A DNA stretch of 64,000 nt from an uncultured Muribaculaceae bacterium (GTDB taxonomy: Bacteria > Bacteroidota > Bacteroidia > Bacteroidales > UBA932). Location: assembly GCA_964571735.1 (NCBI GenBank), contig CAZNDD010000001.1, positions 361 through 64,360 of the forward strand. Reading direction: 5' to 3'. The notes beneath the pieces are model-generated. The model did no database searches. It was not told the origin of the DNA and saw nothing but the letters and a program-made list of their open reading frames with translations. Shown here piece by piece: positions 27,263 to 38,271 of the stretch. Positions within the stretch are counted from its first letter, which is position 1, and every line of letters starts with the position of its first letter. The position numbers and the translations under genes were made by a program.

Positions 27263-30200
27263 ATGCAAAGCAAAGGCGCAATCAGATTCGTAGCTATCCT
27301 GCTCGGTCTTGCCTGCATCTGGCAGCTTTCATTCACAGTTGTGACAAGCATCTTTGATAAGAAAGCTGAGCAGTACGGCAAGGAGGCAGCAGCAGCTTTC
27401 GATCTGTCCAATGTCAAAGCCGAAGACAAGGCTTATGTACTCGACTCCGTCGAGAAACATCGTAGCAGATGGTACACAGACTCCATCTCTTCACAGAAAG
27501 TTTACTTCGGCCACACTTACAAGCAAGTAAAAGAAAGGGAAATCAGCTTGGGTCTCGACCTCAAGGGTGGTATGAACGTGATGCTTCAGGTACAGCTTGA
27601 AGACCTCGTCAAAGCTCTCGCAGGTGATCAGACACCCGAGTTCGATGCAGCAATGGCTCTCGCCAAGGAGCGTGCCAAGACCTCACATCAGGACTTCATC
27701 ACCGTCTTCGCACAGGCGTGGAAAGAGGTTGCAGGAGGCCAGAAACTCGCACAGGTGTTCGGCACATACGAAATGCGTGAGCGCATCAGCCCTGAAAGCA
27801 CTGACGAAGAAGTCATTGCAGTCATCAGAGAAGATGCCAACGCCGCTGTCGAGAACTCCTACAAGGTACTCAGAAGCCGTATCGACCGCTTCGGTGTAGC
27901 TTCCCCTTCAATCCAGAAAATCGGCAATACCGGACGTATCCTTATCGAGCTTCCCGGTGTGAAAGAGCCGGAGCGTGTACGTAAGCTCCTCCAGGGCACA
28001 GCCTCACTCGAATTCTGGACGACCTATGACAACTCCGAGATTCTCCCTTACCTCGAGGAGGCTAATAGCTACCTCGCAGGTCTGCAGGACAATACAAGCA
28101 AGAGCAACGCTTCTTCCGCAGCCGGACAGGACGTAGTTTCTCAGGAGCTTGCCCAGCAGGGAGACAATGCCAGCCTCGAAAGTTTCAGGAAGGCAAATCC
28201 CCTCTTCGCAGTCCTTACTCCTTCCCAGTCACGCCAGGGTGCACTCATCGGTTATGCCAATGCAGTGGATACAGCCAAGGTCAATGCATTGCTCAAGGAG
28301 ACTGAAGACATCTTCCCCGCTGACCTTCGTCCTATGTGGTCTGTCAAGCCTTCACCTTATGTGGGCGTTGACAATGTCTACGAGCTCGTAGCCATCAAGG
28401 CAAGCACCCGTGACGGCAAAGCACCTCTCGACGGTGGTGCAGTCACCGATGCCCGTGTAGCTTACGACAGCCAGAGAGGCGGCACTCCTACCGTATCCAT
28501 GTCCATGAACGCAGAAGGTGCCAATGTATGGGCACGCCTCACCAAGGACAATATCGGCAAGCAGATCGCAATCGTCCTCGACGGTACAGTCTATTCTTAT
28601 CCTGTAGTCAACAGCGAAATCAGCGGAGGTAACTCCGAGATCAGCGGCAACTTCGACGTAGAGGAAGCCACCGACCTTGCCAACGTGCTTAAGTCCGGTA
28701 AGCTCCCCGCCCCTGCAACCATCGTTCAGGAGCAGATCGTAGGCCCTTCACTCGGTGCCGAGTCCATTAATTCCGGTCTCATTTCGTTTGTTATCGCATT
28801 CCTGCTCGTTCTCATCTACATGGTATTCTTCTACCAGGGAGCAGGTCTCGTCGCTGACATCGCTCTGCTTACCAACGTGCTTCTGCTCTTCGGCACTCTC
28901 GCAGCATTCGGAGCAACTCTTACACTTCCCGGTATCGCAGGTCTCGTCCTTACCTTGGGTATGGCGGTGGATGCCAACGTTATCATATACGAGCGTATCA
29001 AGGAAGAACTTGCCGCAGGAAAGGGTCTGAGCAAAGCAATTGCAGACGGTTACAAGAACGCATACTCCGCCATTATCGACGGTCAGGTGACAACCCTCCT
29101 CACAGGTATCGTTCTCTTCATCTTCGGTTCAGGTCCTATCCAGGGCTTCGCAACTACCCTTATCATCGGTATCATCACTTCCGTTCTGACATCGATCTTC
29201 ATCACAAGGCTTATCTTTGATGACCGCATCAATGCCGGCAAGAACATCTCGTTCACCAATAAGTTCACGAAGAATTTCCTCAAGAACACGAAGGTCAATT
29301 TCATCGATTCACGCAAGTGGTCCTACACCATCTCCGGAGTTGTGATTTTGATAGCCATCGCATCCATCTGCTTCAAGGGCTTCACCTACGGTGTTGACTT
29401 CACCGGTGGTCGTACATATGTTGTACGCTTCGACAAGACCGTCTCAGCCGAGGAAGTTCGCAGTGCTACCGAGGCCGTGTTCAATGTGGCAGCTGACGCT
29501 GACGACAATGTAGGTCGCGCAGGTGTAGAGGTCAAGCAGTATGGTGGTGACTCCCAGATGAAGATCACTACTTCTTACAAGTACCAGGATGAGTCATCCG
29601 CTGTCGATACAGAAATCGAAGGTATGCTTTATGAGGCTCTTCATGGTCTGTATCAGGAGGATCTCACTCTCGGAGAGTTCGTCTCTACCCTTGACAACCC
29701 CAATGGTATCATAAGTTCTGACAAGGTCGGTGCTTCCATTGCAAGTGATATCCGCCGCAATGCTATCATCGCAGTCATCATTGCCCTGTTTGCAATCTTC
29801 GCCTACATCGCATGGCGATTCAAAGGCTGGGCATGGGGTCTCGGCGGTGTAGTATCACTGGCCCATACAACCATCATCGTGATTGGATTCTTCTCCCTCT
29901 TCTCGGGTATCCTTCCTTTCAACCTTGACGTGGACCAGACCTTTATCGCAGCTATCCTTACCATCATCGGTTACGCCATCAACGACAACGTGGTTATCTT
30001 TGACCGTATCCGTGAGAATCTCCAGCTTCATCCCAACGAGGACTTCAAGACCACCGTCAACAAGTCCCTGAATGCTACTCTCACCCGTACGATCAACACC
30101 TCGGCCTCTACCCTCCTGCCTATGATTGCAATCGCAATCTTCGGTGGTGACTCCATCAGAGGTCTGTCTGTGGCTCTCTGCATCGGTATCTTGATCGGTA

Positions 30201-30283
30201 CATACGCCTCTATCATGATCGGTACTCCTATCATGTACGACACGGTGATGTCTTCCCTCAAGAAGAAAACAGCAAAGAAATAA
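27263..30283 (+). CDS. secDF: Protein translocase subunit SecDF (fused)
   Basis: 1006 aa with N-terminus MQSKGAIRFVAILLGLACIWQLSF, a large periplasmic domain and two 6-TM SecD/SecF blocks. Confidence 0.93.
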   Translation: MQSKGAIRFVAILLGLACIWQLSFTVVTSIFDKKAEQYGKEAAAAFDLSNVKAEDKAYVLDSVEKHRSRWYTDSISSQKVYFGHTYKQVKEREISLGLDLKGGMNVMLQVQLEDLVKALAGDQTPEFDAAMALAKERAKTSHQDFITVFAQAWKEVAGGQKLAQVFGTYEMRERISPESTDEEVIAVIREDANAAVENSYKVLRSRIDRFGVASPSIQKIGNTGRILIELPGVKEPERVRKLLQGTASLEFWTTYDNSEILPYLEEANSYLAGLQDNTSKSNASSAAGQDVVSQELAQQGDNASLESFRKANPLFAVLTPSQSRQGALIGYANAVDTAKVNALLKETEDIFPADLRPMWSVKPSPYVGVDNVYELVAIKASTRDGKAPLDGGAVTDARVAYDSQRGGTPTVSMSMNAEGANVWARLTKDNIGKQIAIVLDGTVYSYPVVNSEISGGNSEISGNFDVEEATDLANVLKSGKLPAPATIVQEQIVGPSLGAESINSGLISFVIAFLLVLIYMVFFYQGAGLVADIALLTNVLLLFGTLAAFGATLTLPGIAGLVLTLGMAVDANVIIYERIKEELAAGKGLSKAIADGYKNAYSAIIDGQVTTLLTGIVLFIFGSGPIQGFATTLIIGIITSVLTSIFITRLIFDDRINAGKNISFTNKFTKNFLKNTKVNFIDSRKWSYTISGVVILIAIASICFKGFTYGVDFTGGRTYVVRFDKTVSAEEVRSATEAVFNVAADADDNVGRAGVEVKQYGGDSQMKITTSYKYQDESSAVDTEIEGMLYEALHGLYQEDLTLGEFVSTLDNPNGIISSDKVGASIASDIRRNAIIAVIIALFAIFAYIAWRFKGWAWGLGGVVSLAHTTIIVIGFFSLFSGILPFNLDVDQTFIAAILTIIGYAINDNVVIFDRIRENLQLHPNEDFKTTVNKSLNATLTRTINTSASTLLPMIAIAIFGGDSIRGLSVALCIGILIGTYASIMIGTPIMYDTVMSSLKKKTAKK

Positions 30284-30305
30284 TTGATATATTCTCAACG
30301 AGAAG

Positions 30306-30345
30306 ACCCCCTTCGGACGATTTGTTCCGGAGGGGGTTATCTTTT
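30306..30345 (+). terminator. Rho-independent terminator candidate after secDF
   Basis: ACCCCCTTCGGA-cgatttgt-TCCGGAGGGGGT (12-bp stem with one G-U pair) followed by TATCTTTT. Confidence 0.6.
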
Positions 30346-30516
30346 ATCGAGCAAAAGACAGTATTGTTTTCATAATTTCTGACAGACCCTGACATTAAGA
30401 ATGAGCGCGGATCATGCACAAGGAAGGAATTATAAGATGCTGAACTTTGGACAAAAATCAGTAACTTTATAGGATTTTTGGAATGGGGCAGCGATTCCCC
30501 GGAATTATTCTTGAAA

Positions 30517-31575
30517 ATGGATAAGCAACAGATACAAGCCGTCCTTCTGGATGTGGTACATCCCGCCAAGGGCAACAAAAGTATAGTGGAACTCGGCATG
30601 ATAGGAGATATCACAGCCGATGACAAGACCATAACTGTCACTCTCGTATTCCCCAAACGCCGCGACCCTCTTACCGAATATCTCGTCGGGGCGACTCGTG
30701 CGGCACTATACCGCAATTTTCCGGAATTTGAGGCTGAGGTCAAGACCGTAGTGGAAGAAGAACCCAAGAAAGCCCCCAAAAAGGGTCTGGAACTTAACTT
30801 TGAAGGACTCAAAGATGTCAAACACATCATTGGCATAGCCTCAGGCAAAGGTGGCGTGGGCAAATCTACCGTTTCGGTGAACCTCGCAGTGGCTCTTGCC
30901 AGACTCGGATATAAGGTAGGACTTGCCGACGCGGATGTCTACGGTCCTTCAATCCCGACTATGACCGCCACATACGGTGCACAACCCTTGGCTGAAGGCG
31001 AAGAGGGACATGAGATGATGATTCCCATTGAGAAATACGGGGTCAAATGGATGTCCATAGGCTATTTCGCCGGAGAGGAACAGGCGCTCATATGGCGCGG
31101 ACCAATGGCAAGCAACGCCCTAAAGCAGATGATATTGCAGGTGAATTGGGGCGAGCTTGACTTCCTGCTTATCGATATGCCTCCGGGAACAGGAGACATA
31201 CATATTTCCCTCGTACAGGAAATCCCCATGGAAGCCGCACTCATCGTCACAACGCCACAGAAAGTGGCTCTTGCAGATGTGCTCAAGGGGGTAAACATGT
31301 TCCGCAACGATGGAGTGCAGAAACGCATACTCGGACTCGTAGAGAACATGGCATGGTTCACTCCGGCAGAACACCCAGAAGAGAAGTACTTTATCTTCGG
31401 TAAGGATGGAGGCGCACAGATGGCTGAAAGTCTCGGCCTTGACCTGCTCGCACGCATACCGTTAGTACAGAGCGTAAGAGAAGATGCCGATGCGGGTGAG
31501 CCGGCCGCCCTGTCTTCCGGACCAGACGCCGAGCAGTTCCTCGTGCTCGCACAGAAAGTAGTAGAGATTATTTAA
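30517..31575 (+). CDS. apbC: Mrp/NBP35-family iron-sulfur cluster carrier ATPase
   Basis: Deviant Walker A SGKGGVGKST and a DUF59-like N-terminus. Start placed at ATG 30517 (MDKQQIQAVLLDVVHP); the ORF-track TTG start is at 30478. Confidence 0.88.
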   Translation: MDKQQIQAVLLDVVHPAKGNKSIVELGMIGDITADDKTITVTLVFPKRRDPLTEYLVGATRAALYRNFPEFEAEVKTVVEEEPKKAPKKGLELNFEGLKDVKHIIGIASGKGGVGKSTVSVNLAVALARLGYKVGLADADVYGPSIPTMTATYGAQPLAEGEEGHEMMIPIEKYGVKWMSIGYFAGEEQALIWRGPMASNALKQMILQVNWGELDFLLIDMPPGTGDIHISLVQEIPMEAALIVTTPQKVALADVLKGVNMFRNDGVQKRILGLVENMAWFTPAEHPEEKYFIFGKDGGAQMAESLGLDLLARIPLVQSVREDADAGEPAALSSGPDAEQFLVLAQKVVEII

Positions 31576-31587
31576 AAAACACATAAG

Positions 31588-34203
31588 ATGGCAGGCAAGG
31601 CAGCAGAAGATACACCGCTTCTCAGACAGTATTTCTCCGTTAAGGCACAGTACCCGGATGCGATATTGCTGTATCGCGTCGGGGATTTCTATGAGACCTA
31701 TTCGGACGATGCTTTGCTAGCCAGCAAAGTCCTCGGTCTGGTCCTTACAAAGCGCTCCAATGGAGAGAAAGGACACACCGAGATGGCAGGATTCCCCCAT
31801 CACGCAATAGAGGGCTATCTGCAGAAACTTATACGCTCCGGGTACAAAGTCGCCATCTGCGACCAACTTGAAGACCCAGCTCTCGTCAAAACAAAACTTG
31901 TCAAACGTGGTGTCACTGAGATTCTTACACCCGGAGTCGCATTCGGAGACGGGATGCTTGACCAGAAGGAGCACAACTATCTCTGCGGACTCTGCTTCGA
32001 AGACAATATATGCGGAGCGGCATTTCTCGATGTATCGACCGGTACCTTCCTTGTAGCACAGGGCAGCATCGATTACGCCAAGACTCTGATTTCTTCTTTC
32101 CAGCCCAAAGAGGTAGTGGTAGAGAGGAGCGTCCGCGATGCGGTAAGGGAGAAATTCGGAGAATTCTATATCTCCACCATAGAGGAGTGGGCATTTGTCT
32201 ATGACGCAGACTACGATAAGCTCTGCAAGCAGTTCGGAGTCACGGGGTTAAAAGGATTCGGCGTAGAAGTGTACCCGCTTGCTCTAAGAAGCGCTGGAGC
32301 ACTTATATACTATCTCGAGCAGACACAGCACGTCGGTCTCAAAAACATTTGCGGCATCTCCCGCATAGACGAAGAGAAATTCGTATGGATGGACCAGTTC
32401 ACCATACGCAACCTCGAGATATTTGCCTCGGCATCAGGTCAGGACGGTACGGGTCTGGTCGAGACCATAGACCGCTGTTCGTCTCCTATGGGCGCAAGAC
32501 TGCTTCGCGAATGGCTTGCCAGACCGGTGATGGATATCGCGGAACTCAATACCCGTTATGACTGCGTACAATATTTCACAGAAAATGACGAAGTTCTCGA
32601 GCAAATACGACTTCTCATAGGCAGCATGGGAGACCTGGAGCGCACTCTCGGACGACTCGCTACCGGCAAAATACTGCCCCGCGAAGTAAGACAGCTCGCA
32701 AGAAGTCTCTCCCGCATGACACCCATAAGGGAACTTTGCGAAAATTCAGGTACTGAAGCCCTGCGCAAGGCGGTTCGCAAACTCAAAGGATGCGAAGCTG
32801 TGATAGAAAGGATTACGACTACTCTGGCTGAAGACCCCGCCGCACTCATAGGCAAGGGAGATGTCATAGGTAGCGGAGTGGATGCGGATCTGGACCGAAT
32901 GAGAGAAATCTCCACCGGAGGCAAGGAGTATCTGCTTAAAATGCAGACGGCGGAAAGCGAAAGGACAGGCATATCTTCACTCAAAATAGGCTACAACAGC
33001 GTCTTCGGATACTATTTCGAAGTCCGAAACACATTCAAGGACAAAGTCCCGCCCGAGTGGATACGCAAGCAGACACTCGTAGGCGCAGAAAGATACATCA
33101 CCGAAGAACTCAAAAATTACGAAGAGCAGATACTCGGTGCGCAAGAAAAAATCTATGCCATCGAGAGCCGCATCTATTCCGAACTCATATCCTTCCTGCA
33201 AGGCAATATACGCGACATCCAGACGAATTGCGTCATCGTGGCACGCATAGACGTGCTTCAGGGTTTCGCGCAGCAGGCCGTAGACAGGAACTACTGCCGC
33301 CCTATCGTGGACAAGTCCTCCATTCTTGAGATAAAGGGCGGAAGACACCCTGTCATAGAGACGCTTATGAAAGCAGGGGAAGAATATGTCCCCAACGACA
33401 TTTCAATGGACAGCACAGGGACGCAGATTATGATATTGACCGGTCCCAACATGTCCGGTAAGTCCGCGCTCCTGCGACAGACGGCGCTCCTCGTACTGAT
33501 GGCTCAGGCAGGCTCATTCGTCCCAGCGGAGAGTGCCAGATTCGGATATTTCGACAAGATTTTCACCAGAGTCGGAGCCACGGACAATATTTCCCGCGGA
33601 GAGTCCACATTTATGGTGGAAATGCTGGAGACTTCGATGATTATGCACAATCTCTCCAGCCGTTCGCTCGTGTTGCTGGATGAGATCGGTCGTGGCACAT
33701 CAACCTACGATGGCATGTCCATAGCAAGGGCCCTCGTCGAATATATCCACAGATATGGCAAGGGAGCCAAAACCTTGTTCGCCACCCATTATCATGAACT
33801 CAACGACCTCGAGGAGATACTTCCAAGGGTAAAGAATTATCACATCGCCATCAAGGAACAAGGACACGACATAATTTTCCTCCGCAAACTTGAGCCGGGA
33901 GGCGTAGCTCACAGTTTCGGCATACATGTGGCACGGCTCGCCGGAATGCCCAAGGAAGTCATCGAGTATGCAGAAAAGACCCTGCGCGAACTTGAGATGC
34001 GAGAGAAGAGCGCCGATGCGCTGAAAGGCAAAGTAGAGGAAGACGGAAGCCTCCAATTGTCTTTCTTCCAACTTGACGATCCCACACTCAGCGCACTTCG
34101 CGAGAAGCTCGAGAATGCCGACCTCAACAATATGACCCCTATGCAAGCTTTCGACCTGCTTCGAGAAATGAAAAAAGAAGTAGGCGTGGGTGTATTGGAA
34201 TAA
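31588..34203 (+). CDS. mutS: DNA mismatch repair protein MutS
   Basis: 871 aa with N-terminal TPLLRQYFSVKAQYPDAILLYRVGDFYE and Walker A GPNMSGKS. Confidence 0.96.
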   Translation: MAGKAAEDTPLLRQYFSVKAQYPDAILLYRVGDFYETYSDDALLASKVLGLVLTKRSNGEKGHTEMAGFPHHAIEGYLQKLIRSGYKVAICDQLEDPALVKTKLVKRGVTEILTPGVAFGDGMLDQKEHNYLCGLCFEDNICGAAFLDVSTGTFLVAQGSIDYAKTLISSFQPKEVVVERSVRDAVREKFGEFYISTIEEWAFVYDADYDKLCKQFGVTGLKGFGVEVYPLALRSAGALIYYLEQTQHVGLKNICGISRIDEEKFVWMDQFTIRNLEIFASASGQDGTGLVETIDRCSSPMGARLLREWLARPVMDIAELNTRYDCVQYFTENDEVLEQIRLLIGSMGDLERTLGRLATGKILPREVRQLARSLSRMTPIRELCENSGTEALRKAVRKLKGCEAVIERITTTLAEDPAALIGKGDVIGSGVDADLDRMREISTGGKEYLLKMQTAESERTGISSLKIGYNSVFGYYFEVRNTFKDKVPPEWIRKQTLVGAERYITEELKNYEEQILGAQEKIYAIESRIYSELISFLQGNIRDIQTNCVIVARIDVLQGFAQQAVDRNYCRPIVDKSSILEIKGGRHPVIETLMKAGEEYVPNDISMDSTGTQIMILTGPNMSGKSALLRQTALLVLMAQAGSFVPAESARFGYFDKIFTRVGATDNISRGESTFMVEMLETSMIMHNLSSRSLVLLDEIGRGTSTYDGMSIARALVEYIHRYGKGAKTLFATHYHELNDLEEILPRVKNYHIAIKEQGHDIIFLRKLEPGGVAHSFGIHVARLAGMPKEVIEYAEKTLRELEMREKSADALKGKVEEDGSLQLSFFQLDDPTLSALREKLENADLNNMTPMQAFDLLREMKKEVGVGVLE

Positions 34204-34217
34204 AAATCATTTTTTCA

Positions 34218-34225
34218 TAGCTTTG
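34218..34225 (+). promoter_or_regulatory. Candidate -7 promoter box (TAGCTTTG) for the EF-G paralogue
   Basis: Matches TAnnTTTG. It implies a leader of roughly 60-70 nt before ATG 34297. Confidence 0.35.
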
Positions 34226-34296
34226 TATCTACACAATGAGCATTGATTCAATCAGTGCCCACAGATTGATACACACACTACTAAAACTAAGATAAA

Positions 34297-36411
34297 ATGA
34301 AACAAGATTATTTCGCACAAGACATCCGCAATGTGGTACTTCTGGGCGCGACCAAGTCCGGTAAGACCACATTGGCTGAAAGTATGCTTTTCGAGGGAAA
34401 AGTAATCACCAAGCGTGGCAGCGTGGAAGAGAAGAACACAGTGTCCGACTTCGATGATCTCGAAAAGCTTAACCAAAGGTCAATATACGCCACTCCTGTC
34501 TATGCGGAGTTCATGAACAAGAAAATCAATATCATAGACGCTCCTGGCTCAGACGACTTCATAGGCGGTGCTGTATCAGCATTCAGAGTCTGCGAGAATG
34601 GAGTTCTTCTCATTAACGCCCAGCAGGGTGTAGAAGTCGGAACTCGTAACCTCCTGCGTTACGCCGACGCTTACAACGTCCCCCTCGTACTTGCAGTCAA
34701 CCAGCTTGACGGAGAGAAGGCAGATTGGGACGCAACTTATGCCTCCATCAAGGAGACTTTCGGCAACAAGATGATTTCCATCCAGTTCCCGATTAACCCA
34801 GGTCCTCAGTTTGACGGATTCGTGGATGTACTCACGATGAAGTACTATCGTTTCAAGGATGCAAACGGCACCCGCGAGGACCTCGAAATTCCCGAAGAAT
34901 ACAGAGAAAGAGCAGAAGAAGCACGCCAGGAGCTTATCGAGAAAGCCGCTGAATTTGACGACACTCTCATGGAGAAATTCTTTGAAGTGGGTGCTCTCAC
35001 GGAAGACGAAATCCGCAGCGGACTTGCGATAGGTATCAGAGAACGCAAGGTATTCCCTCTGCTTTGCGTAAGTGCAAAGAAAGATATAGGAGTCAAGAGA
35101 CTCTTGGAGTTCACCAAGAATGTAGCCGGTGCTCCCAAGGTCAATCAGGAAGGTCCCGGTGGCTTGTTCATCTATAAGAACAATGCTGAACCCCACCTCG
35201 GAGAAGTTTCTTACTTCAAAGTGCTCTCCGGTGACATTACTGCAGGTCTCGATTATGAGAACCCTGTCACAGGCGACAAGGAGAGACTCAGTGCCATCTA
35301 CGCAGTGGCTGGTACTAAGAAAGAGCCCGTTCAGGTTCTTCACGCAGGCGACTTCGGCTGCGTCGTCAAACTCAAGAACAGCAAATCCAACACCACCCTT
35401 TCCGCGATAGGTTCGGGTCTTGTTTTCGATAAGATTAAGTTCCCTGCCCCCAAGTTCCGCTGCGCTATCAAGGCAAAGGTCCAGCAGGACGAGCAGAAAC
35501 TCGGTGACGCACTCCGAAAGATTTCCTCACAGGATCCCACTGTCGTGGTAGAGTTTTCAAAGGAACTTCGCCAGACAATCCTCAACGGCAACGGAGAGCA
35601 GCATATCAATATAGTCAAATGGCGTCTCAATAACGAGTTCGGTATCGAGGTTGAGCTTTTCGCACCCAAAGTACCTTACCGTGAGACTATTACCAAGGTG
35701 GCTACCGCACAATACCGCCATAAGAAACAGTCCGGTGGTGCAGGCCAGTTCGGTGAAGTACACCTTCTCGTATGCCCTGCAGAAGGAGAGGTTCGCTCCA
35801 AGTTCACAATCGACGGCAAGGAGACCCAGCTCAACATCAAGTCCTCTGAAGTCATTGACCTCGAATGGGGCGGCAAACTTGAGTTCTACAACTGCGTGGT
35901 CGGTGGTGCCATTGACCTCGGATTCATGCCTGCTATCCTCAAGGGTATCAAGGAGCGCATGGTGGAAGGCCCTCTGACCGGCTCTTATGCCCGCGATATC
36001 AGAGTGTATGTCTACGACGGCAAGATGCACCCGGTGGACTCCAAGGAAATCGCGTTTATCATCGCAGGTCGAAATGCCTTCAAGGAGGCGTTCCGCAATG
36101 CCGGACCGAAGATTCTCGAGCCTATCTACAACGTGGAAGTCACCACTCCCGGAGATTATCAAGGCGCAGTGATGTCAGACCTTCAGAACAGGCGCGGCAT
36201 ACTCGGTGAACTCGGCACGGACAAGGGATTCTCAGTCCTCAAGGCAAGAGTGCCTCTGGCAGAGCTTTACCGTTACTCAACCGTCCTCAGTTCCCTCACC
36301 TCAGGTTCTGCAAGTTTCACTATGGAGTTTGCGGATTACCAGCCCGTACCGGGAGATATTCAGAACAAACTGCTCGCAGAATACGCAGCTTCTGAAAAGG
36401 ACGACGAATAA
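34297..36411 (+). CDS. Elongation factor G paralogue with non-canonical GTPase motifs (EF-G2-like)
   Basis: 704 aa with the EF-G five-domain layout. G1 is GATKSGKTT. G3 is DAPGS instead of DTPGH (34537-34551). G4 is NQLD instead of NKxD (34699-34710). Confidence 0.85.
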   Translation: MKQDYFAQDIRNVVLLGATKSGKTTLAESMLFEGKVITKRGSVEEKNTVSDFDDLEKLNQRSIYATPVYAEFMNKKINIIDAPGSDDFIGGAVSAFRVCENGVLLINAQQGVEVGTRNLLRYADAYNVPLVLAVNQLDGEKADWDATYASIKETFGNKMISIQFPINPGPQFDGFVDVLTMKYYRFKDANGTREDLEIPEEYRERAEEARQELIEKAAEFDDTLMEKFFEVGALTEDEIRSGLAIGIRERKVFPLLCVSAKKDIGVKRLLEFTKNVAGAPKVNQEGPGGLFIYKNNAEPHLGEVSYFKVLSGDITAGLDYENPVTGDKERLSAIYAVAGTKKEPVQVLHAGDFGCVVKLKNSKSNTTLSAIGSGLVFDKIKFPAPKFRCAIKAKVQQDEQKLGDALRKISSQDPTVVVEFSKELRQTILNGNGEQHINIVKWRLNNEFGIEVELFAPKVPYRETITKVATAQYRHKKQSGGAGQFGEVHLLVCPAEGEVRSKFTIDGKETQLNIKSSEVIDLEWGGKLEFYNCVVGGAIDLGFMPAILKGIKERMVEGPLTGSYARDIRVYVYDGKMHPVDSKEIAFIIAGRNAFKEAFRNAGPKILEPIYNVEVTTPGDYQGAVMSDLQNRRGILGELGTDKGFSVLKARVPLAELYRYSTVLSSLTSGSASFTMEFADYQPVPGDIQNKLLAEYAASEKDDE

Positions 36412-36436
36412 GAATCTATATTTTTCACTATTTTTG

Positions 36437-36468
36437 ATCCCTGCAGGCTATTCTGCAGGGATTATTTG
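36437..36468 (+). terminator. Rho-independent terminator candidate after the EF-G paralogue
   Basis: ATCCCTGCAG-gctatt-CTGCAGGGAT (perfect 10-bp stem) followed by TATTTG. Confidence 0.55.
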
Positions 36469-36475
36469 ATAGGAT

Positions 36476-37489
36476 ATGAACATCAAGACTTATACACTTA
36501 CAAACAAGAACGGGGCAAGTGTCACACTCAGCAGCCTCGGAGCGGGTATCACATCCATCATAGTGCCGGATAAGGACGGGAAGCTCGAAGATGTGGTCAT
36601 AGGTTATGCCAATCTCGAGGACTACCTTGATGATGGTCCTTGCGCTGGCAAATGCCCCGGACGCTACGCCAACCGCATTGCAGGAGGTCATCTTGAGATA
36701 GACGGCAAGATATGGCAACTCCCCATCAATAACGGACCCAATCACCTTCACGGAGGCCCTGAAGGCTTCCAGAACAAGCTATGGGACAGCCGGAAAGACG
36801 GAGACGCAGTGGAGTTCATGTATCTGTCGGAAGATGGTGAGATGGGCTACCCCGGCAGCCTGCAAGTCGTAGCACGATACTCTTGGAGTGAAGACAATGT
36901 CCTGACACTCACATTGAGAGCCAGATGTGACAGCCCCACGGTGCTTAATCTCACTAACCACAGCTATTTCAATCTCGACGGGCACGGCTCCGGCTCCGTC
37001 CTGGACCATAAACTCAAGCTTTATTCCTCCCTGTATCTCCCTACAGATGAGACTCTTGTCCCTACAGGAGAAGCAGACCCCGTAGCTGGTACACCTATGG
37101 ATTTCCTTGAAGCCAAACCTATAGGTCAAGACATAAAAGAGGATTTCCCCGCTCTGCGTTACGGCAAGGGATATGACGCATGCTGGATTATAGACGGATA
37201 TGAGGAGGGGCAGTTGTCCCCTGCTGCGGAACTCTACGCCGCGAAAAGCGGACGCAGCCTCAAAGTCTACACCACACAGCCTGGCGTACAGGTATACACA
37301 GGCAACTGGCTGTCTGGCTGTCCTGCAGGCAAAGACGGTGCTGTGTATGAGGATTATAGCGCGGTAGCTATCGAATGTCAGCATTTCCCCGACAGTCCCA
37401 ACAAGCCGGACTTCCCTTCTACAAGGCTCAATCCCGACGAGGAATTCGAACAGGCAATAGTATTTGAATTCGGATGCGACAGTATTTAG
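36476..37489 (+). CDS. galM: Aldose 1-epimerase (galactose mutarotase)
   Basis: 337 aa with [14 protein letters not shown] and a conserved His/Glu pattern of the mutarotase family. Confidence 0.88.
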   Translation: MNIKTYTLTNKNGASVTLSSLGAGITSIIVPDKDGKLEDVVIGYANLEDYLDDGPCAGKCPGRYANRIAGGHLEIDGKIWQLPINNGPNHLHGGPEGFQNKLWDSRKDGDAVEFMYLSEDGEMGYPGSLQVVARYSWSEDNVLTLTLRARCDSPTVLNLTNHSYFNLDGHGSGSVLDHKLKLYSSLYLPTDETLVPTGEADPVAGTPMDFLEAKPIGQDIKEDFPALRYGKGYDACWIIDGYEEGQLSPAAELYAAKSGRSLKVYTTQPGVQVYTGNWLSGCPAGKDGAVYEDYSAVAIECQHFPDSPNKPDFPSTRLNPDEEFEQAIVFEFGCDSI

Positions 37490-38271
37490 ACCTCCTTCAG
37501 GAGATAATCGACCATGGTACGGTCAAGACCGACCGTACTGGCGTGGGGACGAAGAGCGTCTTCGGTCATCAGATGCGCTTCGACCTCAGTGAGGGATTCC
37601 CCCTGCTTACTACCAAAAAGGTTTTCACACGCGGCATCATAGAGGAACTGCTGTGGTTCCTTGCCGGAGATACCAACAAGAAGACCCTCCAAGCCAAAAA
37701 TGTGCATATATGGGACTCCTGGGGAGATGATGAGACGGGAGAATTGGGTCCCATCTATGGACATCAATGGAGGTCTTGGGAAGACTACAACGGAGGGCAT
37801 ATTGACCAGATTGCCAATGCCGTGGAGCTGATAAAGCACAATCCAGACTCCCGCAGGATAATAGTGAGCGCATGGAATGTGGCTCAAATCGAGCAGATGG
37901 GACTTCCGCCGTGCCACTGCCTGTTCCAATTCTATGTGGCGGACGGGCGTCTCAGCTGCCAACTCTACCAGCGCAGCGCCGATATGTTCCTCGGAGTTCC
38001 GTTCAACATCGCCTCATACTCTTTACTTACTATGATGATAGCGCAGGTGTGCGGACTTACCCCCGGTGAATTCATCCACACGACAGGAGATACACATCTG
38101 TATCTCAACCACATAGAACAGGCAAAGGAGCAGCTCAGCCGTACTCCTCGAAAACTTCCTACAATGCACCTCAATCCTGAAGTCAAAGACCTTTTCGACT
38201 TCAAAATAGAGGATATTACATTAGAAGGCTATGATCCTTGGCCTGCCATAAAAGCTCCTGTTGCCGTATGA
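37474..38271 (+). CDS. thyA: Thymidylate synthase
   Basis: 265 aa: [12 protein letters not shown]..., [19 protein letters not shown] (catalytic Cys). Confidence 0.97.
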   Translation: MRQYLDLLQEIIDHGTVKTDRTGVGTKSVFGHQMRFDLSEGFPLLTTKKVFTRGIIEELLWFLAGDTNKKTLQAKNVHIWDSWGDDETGELGPIYGHQWRSWEDYNGGHIDQIANAVELIKHNPDSRRIIVSAWNVAQIEQMGLPPCHCLFQFYVADGRLSCQLYQRSADMFLGVPFNIASYSLLTMMIAQVCGLTPGEFIHTTGDTHLYLNHIEQAKEQLSRTPRKLPTMHLNPEVKDLFDFKIEDITLEGYDPWPAIKAPVAV

